A DNA stretch of 57,335 nucleotides, taken from contig MHIL01000023.1 in NCBI GenBank assembly GCA_001817495.1, positions 1 to 57,335 on the forward strand, given 5' to 3'. Under the pieces are notes generated by a model that was not told the DNA's origin, ran no database searches, and was given only the letters and a program-made list of their open reading frames with translations. Below are positions 33,679 to 41,568 of this stretch, one piece after another. Both the position numbers and the translations under genes were made by a program. The DNA comes from Candidatus Buchananbacteria bacterium RIFCSPHIGHO2_02_FULL_56_16. GTDB taxonomy: Bacteria > Patescibacteriota > Patescibacteriia > Buchananbacterales > UBA6539. Within the stretch, counting starts at the first letter, position 1. Each line of letters opens with the position of its first letter.

Positions 33679-36600
33679 ATGAAAACGTGGAGGAACATCC
33701 TGAATCGGCGAACGGTCCTGACGGCGCTGTGTCTTTTCGCGCTTGCCGTTACCGTTTTTACCGTTGCCGTATCCGCGCCACTCGTATTGGCTCAAGAAGA
33801 GCCGCCCCGCCCAACGAGCGACTACGAGCAAGACGATCTTGGGCCGTTAGAGGCCGGGTCCTCCGGCGCTTTCAATACACGGCCAACACCTGTCAAAAAG
33901 GCCGAGGCAGAAGAATCAAATGTCTTTCTCTCAACCTTCGTAAATCTACTGGTCGGAGGATTGGCCAGGATCGTCATCTGGCTCGAGGGGTTTGTCATAA
34001 CTGCTCTGATCGCGATCTTGCTCCTCGTGGTTAAGTATAACAGCTTCGCGACCGCTGGGGCGGTCAGCAACGGCTGGACCTTGGTCCGTGACGTTGCCAA
34101 CCTGTTCTTCGTGGTCGTGCTGCTGGGTATCGCGCTGGCCACGATCCTGCGGGTTGAATCCTACAACTTCAAGAAGCTGCTGCCCAAGCTGATCCTGATG
34201 GCGATTCTGGTCAACTTCAGCAAGGTCATCGCCGGCCTGATCATTGACTTCGCCCAGGTGGTGATGCTCACCTTCGTCGCCGCCTTCGCCGGCGTTTCCG
34301 GCGCCGGCAACATGGTAACTACCCTGCAGATCCAGTCAATTATTACCTACAACTGGTCCAACGCCGCGGAGGCGAGCGCGGCAAACTTCACGGGTACGGC
34401 GCTGCTGATGGCGATCATGCTGCTGATTACCATTGGGGTCCTGCTGGTGATGCTCGTCGTGCTGGTGATGCGCATCGTGATGCTCTGGGTGCTGGTGGTG
34501 CTCTCGCCGCTGGCCTACATCATGGCCGCGTTTCCCCAGGGGCAGCGCTACGCCCAGCAGTGGTGGCAGGAGTTCACCAAGTACGTGATTGTCGGCCCGG
34601 TGCTCGGATTCTTCCTCTGGCTGACCTTCGCCGTCGCCAGCGCCGGGGACATTGCCCAAAAAGAGTTTGGCAGCCAGAAAGGCTTAGCCGCTGCCGGCGC
34701 CGGTGACGCGTTGAGCGCGAAGCTTGCCAAGCAGGCCGGAGTTCAAACGAAAATCGGCCAAACCGACCATCTGCTGTCGTTTATCATCGCCATTGCCATG
34801 CTGATGGGGTCCTTGGTCATTACCCAGCAGATCGGCGTGGCCGGCAGCCAGTTCGCGGGGTCGATGTTTAATAAGATTCGCCAAACCGGGCTCAAGGCGC
34901 TCCTGGCGCCGGGCAGGGCGGTGGGCTGGACCGCGAAGACCGCGGCCAAGGCGCCGTTTCAATTTGTCGGCCGCAAGGTCAATGAGGCAATCGGTGAAGG
35001 CAAATTGCCGGCCTGGGCGAGTCCGGCCGGGATGGTTCGCGGGTGGGGTGCACGGCGGGCAGAATTGTATGATGTATCAAAACGTAAAGCTGCCGCTGCT
35101 GGCCATGAAAAATGGGAACAGCTTTTTACCGGAACATCGTTGCCTCGGGTATCACAAATTGAATTAGCGGAAGAATCTAAGTTCGCTAAAGATTTTGCGG
35201 ACGTATACGATAAAGAACAAATGGCAGCAGAGTGGGTTGGATTAAGGAACGCGCCGCAATCGGCGGAAATTAGGGCTAAAAAAAGAGGCTTGATCAAGGC
35301 TGGCGGCGTAGCGGGTTTTTTGGATGATATAATGGCTCATCCGGAAACGAAAGCACATACTCGCAATTACATCAAGAATTTGTATAAAACGACCAAGGAT
35401 GATCAACTAAAAGCGGCTATGGATGAAAAGGATGAGAAAACCGGCTTAAGTCTAATGGATAATGTAAACGATGATAAGGGTGCATGGTACAACTGGCAAA
35501 CACTCCATTTCTTTTTGCAAGAGTCTCTCGGGAGCGATCAGGCCGGGATGACGACGATGCAAACCCTTGAAGATATTGGCAAAAAAAATGGTCATCCAGA
35601 ATACGGTGGCCATGATACCTATCGATCATCACTCGAAGGCGGCCACGACGAGATGGAAATGGAAAGGATTTATGATCAAAAAGACGCTGCCGGTAAAATT
35701 ATTAGAAAATCTGGTCAAAAACGCATGCAGACTGAACTTTCTAAAATGCAGGGTCGCAGCAGGCTTGGTTTAGCGCCGCATGCATTTATGGCAATGAATA
35801 ATGATGGTACCTACGCTATGGGAATGCCAGAGCGGTTGGCGGCGACAGCTATGTTCGGCGCCCAGGGCGCAAGAATTTTTGAGCACTCTCAAAAGCGAGA
35901 TTGGACCATGGCTATGGGTGGCAGCCCAGATGAAGTGAACTGGGTCGAAGGTCAGGAAACAGAAGTTGCGAATTTTGATAAACCAGATGCATCACTGCGA
36001 AACATAATCAACCACGCCAAAGGTTTTGCTTTTCTTATGCAAAGTGCTGCTAATCCACGAGAGCCAGTCGACGTAATTGTTAAAACGGCGTGGAAAACAA
36101 CTGGTGGAAAAGGTGAGCCCCAGTTTCAGGTTAATGGAAAGGTCTATGGCGCTGATGAATTCTTAAGCGAGTTTGGAGAACAGGCACACGCAACGCCGTC
36201 GCCCGCGCCTACGCCTGGTTCAGCCCCAGCGCCCGGCCCCAGCGCCCCGATGGCTGATATTGACATCGCTAAGCACGAGCGAACCAAGCAGGCGATTGAC
36301 GCCTTTAGCGCTCAAACTGGTTTATCAGCGGCTGATTTTTACCAGTCTCGGTCGTACAAGGCTGATCAGTATACTGCCCAAGGAGATTTTGAGCGTAACG
36401 AGCAGCTGATGGGTGGCTGGCGGCAAGAAATTGGCCGTATCAGGCCGGACGTTGATCAGGCTAACCCCGAGGCGGTCGAGCAGGCGATTCGTGAAGAGCA
36501 GGGTAAAGTTCGGGGTGTGAAGTCGGCTAGCGGCAAAGGTGAAGGTGAGCAGGCCGGCGTTGGGCTTGACTTCTCCGATAAAGACGTCCAGCGCATCTTT

Positions 36601-38430
36601 GGCGTCAATCAGTCACAAGCAGGTGCCTACTACAAACAAGGCGATCTAACCAAGGCACAAAAGACTTTCCTCGGGGATAAATATCATACGCAGTTGTTAA
36701 ATGAAGGGGTTGATGAAAAAACGGCGGTAGAGAGGTGGGCGGCTTTCGACGAGACATTGGACAAGGTTGGTTCCCTCCGGATGACCAATAATAGCGGCTA
36801 TGCCTCACGCCTTGAAACCGGCCGTCATGAACGGGCCCACCCGGAAATTGAGAAGCTTGCTCCAGCCCAGATTGATGAAATCTACAATTCAATTGAGAGC
36901 GACCGCCGACTCCAGATGGAAGCTGAAGTCAAGGCTCGGTGGGGTAACATTAGTCCGCTGGATGCCAAGAAAGAAATTCTGACCCAGGGTTTGGCCAGCT
37001 ACGGCCGTTCAGATGCCCGCGAACCGTTGCAGCTCACTGACGCGGCGGCTCGAGCCATGGCGGCAACCGGTGCCGTTAAGATGAGCAACGCGGCGAAGCA
37101 GCGGCTCGATCAGGCGTACCCTGAGGCTGCCGTGACCAAGGGAGAACTCAAGACGATTGATAAGCAGCGTGCCGCAACGGCCAAAGCCCAGGCGCGTGAC
37201 GCTAAGGCCGCGGCTCAAGCCGAACGCCAAACCGTTAAGGAACGGCAGCGGCAGCTGCAGCAGCGCGAGGCACAAAACGCGCCGGTATACACCCAGGCGA
37301 TCAGCGCTTTGAGTACGCTCAATCCCAGCCAGCTCGGCCAGCTGTGGGGTAAGCTGTCAGCGGCTCAGCAGTCGGCGCTAACGGAGGAGGTACGAGAATC
37401 CTACCCGGCAGCCGCCCGCTCTGTTCCTGTTGGCGATTACAACTTGCAGCTGGCGGCGTTGAGCCGGGCGCTGGCGCGAACGAATCTCGAACCGGCGGCG
37501 AAAGATAGTTTGCATCTCGACGCAACCGTCGTCGAGGCGATAAAGAGCCAGGGAATCGATACGGCATCAGTCGGTACTAAAAATGAGCTTTACCGTCAGG
37601 CGCAGCAAACTCAGGGTACCTACCAGCAGCGCCGCACCGAGTATGAGCAGCTAGCGGCTCGGAAGGCTAACTACGGTGATGCGATGCGGCAGAAACAGGC
37701 GGAAAACAACGCCGAGGTTAAGCAGCGGAATGAAGCGGCCCGCACCGCCGCCAGCCGTGGCGATATGCCAGCCGCCGCAGAGGCAAGAAAGATGGCTGAA
37801 TTCTTACAAAAAGAGAACGCTCGCATTGACCAAGATGTGGCCAAAAAAGGCAAAGAATTTGACGTTGATATTAATAAAGCAAAGTCAAAAATGCAAGCCG
37901 CGTTGGATCAGGTTATGGATTTGGAAACTCGGCGTCGACCCGAACCATCAGTACCGCAAGCCGTCCACCAAGCCTTCTCAACCGTTGCTCACCCGGTCAA
38001 TGAACAAGCCCGCCAGCAGGCGCAGCAGGTTATTGCGCAGGCGCCACCGGCCGAGGTTGTTGCGGCAGCGCAGGAAGCAGTAGATAAAGAAGGTGAAGAG
38101 CTGAAGCGGGCGACAGGCAGTGCTGATAACGGGGCAATCCTTGCGGTATTGACGAGTATTGAGAGTATTTTGGAGGGGGTGAAATCATCACTTGACAAAT
38201 TATCTGGAGACAAGGTTAATAGCGCTGAGCGGTCGCACTTTGATGACCTCATGCGTCAAGTCAGTTTGAGCCGAGGATCGATGGCCGCCGGTGGTCAGCT
38301 CGACCCAGGATCGGTGGCTGGGCTGCTTCGTGATGTCAACAATAATTTAAAGAGCATCTATCGCAAGACTGGTCAAAAAACGGGCAGCATGCCGACGGAA
38401 ATACCACCCAAGACTTCAGGTGAGGAATAA
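33679..38430 (+). CDS. 1583-aa polytopic membrane protein (VirB6/TrbL-like N-terminal region) with a long Ala/Gln/Lys-rich helical C-terminal extension
   Basis: It has a signal peptide and about 6-8 TM segments in aa ~90-400. About 1150 aa of soluble, coiled-coil-like sequence follows. The functional call comes from topology and context only. Confidence 0.45.
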   Translation: MKTWRNILNRRTVLTALCLFALAVTVFTVAVSAPLVLAQEEPPRPTSDYEQDDLGPLEAGSSGAFNTRPTPVKKAEAEESNVFLSTFVNLLVGGLARIVIWLEGFVITALIAILLLVVKYNSFATAGAVSNGWTLVRDVANLFFVVVLLGIALATILRVESYNFKKLLPKLILMAILVNFSKVIAGLIIDFAQVVMLTFVAAFAGVSGAGNMVTTLQIQSIITYNWSNAAEASAANFTGTALLMAIMLLITIGVLLVMLVVLVMRIVMLWVLVVLSPLAYIMAAFPQGQRYAQQWWQEFTKYVIVGPVLGFFLWLTFAVASAGDIAQKEFGSQKGLAAAGAGDALSAKLAKQAGVQTKIGQTDHLLSFIIAIAMLMGSLVITQQIGVAGSQFAGSMFNKIRQTGLKALLAPGRAVGWTAKTAAKAPFQFVGRKVNEAIGEGKLPAWASPAGMVRGWGARRAELYDVSKRKAAAAGHEKWEQLFTGTSLPRVSQIELAEESKFAKDFADVYDKEQMAAEWVGLRNAPQSAEIRAKKRGLIKAGGVAGFLDDIMAHPETKAHTRNYIKNLYKTTKDDQLKAAMDEKDEKTGLSLMDNVNDDKGAWYNWQTLHFFLQESLGSDQAGMTTMQTLEDIGKKNGHPEYGGHDTYRSSLEGGHDEMEMERIYDQKDAAGKIIRKSGQKRMQTELSKMQGRSRLGLAPHAFMAMNNDGTYAMGMPERLAATAMFGAQGARIFEHSQKRDWTMAMGGSPDEVNWVEGQETEVANFDKPDASLRNIINHAKGFAFLMQSAANPREPVDVIVKTAWKTTGGKGEPQFQVNGKVYGADEFLSEFGEQAHATPSPAPTPGSAPAPGPSAPMADIDIAKHERTKQAIDAFSAQTGLSAADFYQSRSYKADQYTAQGDFERNEQLMGGWRQEIGRIRPDVDQANPEAVEQAIREEQGKVRGVKSASGKGEGEQAGVGLDFSDKDVQRIFGVNQSQAGAYYKQGDLTKAQKTFLGDKYHTQLLNEGVDEKTAVERWAAFDETLDKVGSLRMTNNSGYASRLETGRHERAHPEIEKLAPAQIDEIYNSIESDRRLQMEAEVKARWGNISPLDAKKEILTQGLASYGRSDAREPLQLTDAAARAMAATGAVKMSNAAKQRLDQAYPEAAVTKGELKTIDKQRAATAKAQARDAKAAAQAERQTVKERQRQLQQREAQNAPVYTQAISALSTLNPSQLGQLWGKLSAAQQSALTEEVRESYPAAARSVPVGDYNLQLAALSRALARTNLEPAAKDSLHLDATVVEAIKSQGIDTASVGTKNELYRQAQQTQGTYQQRRTEYEQLAARKANYGDAMRQKQAENNAEVKQRNEAARTAASRGDMPAAAEARKMAEFLQKENARIDQDVAKKGKEFDVDINKAKSKMQAALDQVMDLETRRRPEPSVPQAVHQAFSTVAHPVNEQARQQAQQVIAQAPPAEVVAAAQEAVDKEGEELKRATGSADNGAILAVLTSIESILEGVKSSLDKLSGDKVNSAERSHFDDLMRQVSLSRGSMAAGGQLDPGSVAGLLRDVNNNLKSIYRKTGQKTGSMPTEIPPKTSGEE

Positions 38431-38456
38431 TCAGTTACTATATAATGAAATGAGTC

Positions 38457-39707
38457 ATGATTGACAATCGTTTAGAAAAAATAAAAAAAATCACGCCAGA
38501 CCAGTTAGAGACGGCCGATATTTTGGATTTGTTAAAACTTTTAACCAGTGGGTACTTGGACGGTTTTCAAGTTGGCGAAGCCAAGGAACTTTGGTGGGCA
38601 TTAAGTCGGCTGATCACTGGTCTTCAAGCTAAAACCATAAGTCAAAAAACAATGAACCAAGTTAATCGCTTGATGGTTGACTTAGGTTGGTTGGCTTTGC
38701 CTTTTTTACCGGATTCGGCAGTTGAAAATTTATTTAAGGCTGATTTATTAAGAGCCCTTAGCCTTGAAATTGACGTCTTGGCAAAAATAAAAACTTTTTT
38801 TAGTTTTTCTTACGGTAATTTTAATTTACTGGAACAGCAGCGTCGGCTGATGATTAGCGCGCTTAAAATAAATGAAGAATTAATTGGCGATCGGGCAATA
38901 AAAATTTCCGACGTCGGTGAAGAAGTGGCGCCGGCGATTAAAAATTGGTTAAAGGATTATGATCAGTCCAGTAACGTCAATCAGCGCTCAAGGCGCTTAA
39001 ATCTAGTTGAGTATATTAACACTAATAATAATGTTCGTCAGCTGTCAGCTGAGCAAAAGGAAACATTGCGCCGGGTTTTGCAAGTTTATGATTTTGTCCG
39101 ATTTTTAAACCAGCTAGAAAGTGTTAGTGAAACCGGCCACAAAATTCCAGCGGAAAAAGTAACTGTTTTGGACCGAGAGGACCTGGCATCATCACCGGTC
39201 GAAGACGAATCATCTAAAGAGCAGCAAGAAATTTTTCAGGCTTATCAAGGTGATCAAAAACGGGCCAAGGCAATCGACCGCGAGCAGGCAAAGCTGGCCA
39301 AAAAAATCAGCGGCAAGGTTGACCAGCTCCCCGCCATTTTTTACCAGGCGGTTCAGACCAAAAACGTTGCCGCCACCGTCGCCGCGCTGCGGCTGATGGC
39401 CGAAACTGACACGCTGGGAAACTTTTTGCAAACCGATGAGAAGCTCAAGCAATTTTTGAGCCTGACCTGGGAAAAACAGTATGGTAAGGCGACGGCCGAG
39501 GCGTTTAAGCGCAACCCGAATCAGCCGAAGTTCGTCAGGCTATTCTTACAGTACGTTTTGCAGCAGCGGCTGGGTTTGGACAGCAGCGAAGCGGCGCGGC
39601 TGGGGCTGCACATCGGCAATATATTTGTCAAGAGTGGCAAAAAAGAGTATAATAGGCTGGCGTACTTTGACGTGAAGAGCAAGCAGTTTAGGTGGTTTGA
39701 AGGCTAG
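38457..39707 (+). CDS. Hypothetical protein (416 aa), AT-richer than its surroundings
   Basis: It is a long ORF with coherent codon usage and a helical, Lys/Glu-rich sequence. I recognised no motif. Confidence 0.6.
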   Translation: MIDNRLEKIKKITPDQLETADILDLLKLLTSGYLDGFQVGEAKELWWALSRLITGLQAKTISQKTMNQVNRLMVDLGWLALPFLPDSAVENLFKADLLRALSLEIDVLAKIKTFFSFSYGNFNLLEQQRRLMISALKINEELIGDRAIKISDVGEEVAPAIKNWLKDYDQSSNVNQRSRRLNLVEYINTNNNVRQLSAEQKETLRRVLQVYDFVRFLNQLESVSETGHKIPAEKVTVLDREDLASSPVEDESSKEQQEIFQAYQGDQKRAKAIDREQAKLAKKISGKVDQLPAIFYQAVQTKNVAATVAALRLMAETDTLGNFLQTDEKLKQFLSLTWEKQYGKATAEAFKRNPNQPKFVRLFLQYVLQQRLGLDSSEAARLGLHIGNIFVKSGKKEYNRLAYFDVKSKQFRWFEG

Positions 39708-39719
39708 GCCAAGCGTATC

Positions 39720-39754
39720 AGGAATTAGGAATTAGGTTGTAGCTTGTAGTTCTT
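39720..39754. repeat. Left arm of the inverted repeat bracketing the four-helix-bundle gene
   Basis: The reverse complement of aggaattaggaattaggttgtagcttgtagttctt matches 40160-40194, apart from a 7-nt indel and one mismatch. Confidence 0.75.
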
Positions 39755-39798
39755 TAGTAACAATCAACATGGCGCCATTCATTATTAATACTGTTACT

Positions 39799-40161
39799 AT
39801 GGCGCAAGTTGTGAGTTACCGAGATCTCACCGTTTGGCAGCGGTCAATGGAGCTCGTTGTTGCTATTTATACCTTAACTGACCAGTTGCCCGACGCCGAA
39901 AAATATGGGTTAACTGCTCAAATGAGACGTGCCGCTATTTCAATCCCTTCAAACATAGCCGAAGGGAGACGGCGGAGCAGCCGGAAAGATTTTCGTCAGT
40001 TTCTCATTATCGCATACGGTTCAGGTGCAGAACTCGAAACTCAAATTGAAATTGCCAAGAGATTATCATTTATTCAAGCTGAAAATTCTAAAAAGTCAGA
40101 GCTGCTACTTGGGGAAGTGATGAGAATGCTCAATAAATTGCAATCAATTCTGAAAAGCTAA
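39799..40161 (+). CDS. Four-helix-bundle protein of the 23S rRNA intervening-sequence (IVS) protein family
   Basis: It has the hallmark sequence YRDL.VWQ....L...IY.LT..LP..EKYGL..QMRRAA.SI..NIAEG..R.S.K.F..FL.IA.GS..E..T. Confidence 0.85.
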   Translation: MAQVVSYRDLTVWQRSMELVVAIYTLTDQLPDAEKYGLTAQMRRAAISIPSNIAEGRRRSSRKDFRQFLIIAYGSGAELETQIEIAKRLSFIQAENSKKSELLLGEVMRMLNKLQSILKS

Positions 40162-40254
40162 GAACTACAACCTAATTCCTAACTCCTAACTCCTAACTCC
40201 TAACTCCTAACTCCTAACTCCTAACTCCTAACTCCTAACTCCTAACTCCTAACT
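40160..40254. repeat. Right arm of the inverted repeat, followed by a (TAACTCC)x10 perfect heptamer microsatellite just upstream of metK
   Basis: The arm is aagaactacaacctaattcc. Ten perfect TAACTCC units span 40180-40249, followed by a partial unit. The metK ATG is at 40259. Confidence 0.9.
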
Positions 40255-40258
40255 AAAC

Positions 40259-41425
40259 ATGCCCAAACGCTACATCTTCACCTCCGAGTCGGTAACCGAG
40301 GGCCATCCCGACAAAATTTGCGATCAGATTTCTGACGCTATCTTAGATGAATTGATAAAGCAGGATCCCCACTCGCACGCGGGCATCGAGACGCTGGTGA
40401 CTACCGGATTGGTCGTGGTTGCCGGTGAAATCAGAACTAAGGGGTACGTTGATATCGCCGCGGTCGTCCGCAAGACGATCAGAGAAATCGGCTACGATGA
40501 CCACGCCATCGGCTTCCACTGGGAGGATTGCGGGGTGATGGTGGCGATTGACGAGCAGAGCCCGGACATCGCGCAGGGCGTTGACGCCGGTCGCGGTAAG
40601 TTTAAAAAACAGGGCGCCGGCGACCAGGGGTTGATGTTCGGCTACGCGACGCGCGAAACGCCCGAGCTGATGCCGCTGCCGATCATGCTGGCTCATAAGC
40701 TGACCCACCGGCTGGCTCAGCTGCGCAAGAATAAGACGATGCCGTACCTGCGGCCGGACGGCAAAGCCGAAGTGGCGGTCGAGTACCTCGGCGGCAAGCC
40801 GCGGCGGGTTGACACGGTTGTCATCGCCGCCAGCCACGGCGAGCACGTGCACGAGCAGCGGGTGGAGCGCGACGTCATCAATAAGGTGATTAAGCCGATC
40901 TGCAAGCGCTACCTCGACGGCAAGACGCGGTTCTTCGTCAACGCTACCGGCCGGTTCGTCAAGTGCGGCCCGCCTTCGGACGCGGGGCTGACCGGCCGAA
41001 AAATTATCGTTGACACCTACGGCGGCCAGGGCAGCCACGGCGGCGGCGCGTTCTCCGGCAAAGATCCTTCCAAGGTTGACCGGTCGGCGTCATACATGGC
41101 GCGCTATGTCGCCAAGAACATCGTGGCGGCCGGACTGGCCGACCGTTGCGAGCTGCAGGTGGCGTACGTGATTGGCGTCGCCGAACCGATCAGCATTCTG
41201 GTTGACACGTTTGGTACCGGAACGATCAGCGAAGAGCGAATCGTCAGCCTGGTGAAAAAGCACTTTCCGCTGACGCCGCAGGGAATCATAACGCACCTCA
41301 AGCTGCTGCGGCCAATCTACCGCGCCACCGCCGCCTATGGCCACTTCGGCCGGAGCGGATTTAGCTGGGAGCAGACGGACATGGCAGCGAAGTTACGGCG
41401 CGCAGCCGGGTTGAAATCCCAATAA
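40259..41425 (+). CDS. metK: S-adenosylmethionine synthase
   Basis: It has [28 protein letters not shown] and other canonical MAT motifs. Confidence 0.97.
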   Translation: MPKRYIFTSESVTEGHPDKICDQISDAILDELIKQDPHSHAGIETLVTTGLVVVAGEIRTKGYVDIAAVVRKTIREIGYDDHAIGFHWEDCGVMVAIDEQSPDIAQGVDAGRGKFKKQGAGDQGLMFGYATRETPELMPLPIMLAHKLTHRLAQLRKNKTMPYLRPDGKAEVAVEYLGGKPRRVDTVVIAASHGEHVHEQRVERDVINKVIKPICKRYLDGKTRFFVNATGRFVKCGPPSDAGLTGRKIIVDTYGGQGSHGGGAFSGKDPSKVDRSASYMARYVAKNIVAAGLADRCELQVAYVIGVAEPISILVDTFGTGTISEERIVSLVKKHFPLTPQGIITHLKLLRPIYRATAAYGHFGRSGFSWEQTDMAAKLRRAAGLKSQ

Positions 41426-41435
41426 CCAAATTGAA

Positions 41436-41477
41436 AGCTTATAGCTTATAGCTTATAGCTTATAGCTGATAGTTGTT
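41436..41477. repeat. (AGCTTAT)x4 heptamer tandem repeat plus two degenerate units (word family 3)
   Basis: agcttat is repeated at 41436, 41443, 41450 and 41457, followed by agctgat and agttgtt. Confidence 0.85.
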
Positions 41478-41568
41478 AGAGGCTGCGGTACTAAAGCAAC
41501 CTTCTATACCCTAAAAGCTAACAGCTAAAAGCTGATCTATGATTTAGTGCTTAGAATTTATCACTGCT

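Noticed and set aside
39720-40194. A fragment of a 23S rRNA gene carrying an intervening sequence
   Set aside because: The flanking DNA is protein-coding (a 416-aa ORF upstream, metK downstream), with no rRNA-like conserved sequence. Only the stem+ORF architecture is IVS-like.
40173-40254. CRISPR array (also considered for 41436-41477 and 46172-46247)
   Set aside because: The repeats are 7-10 nt and directly abutting with no spacers, which makes them microsatellites. No cas genes are present.
40162-40258. SAM riboswitch upstream of metK
   Set aside because: The whole leader is a simple heptamer repeat with no four-way-junction SAM-I-like sequence features.
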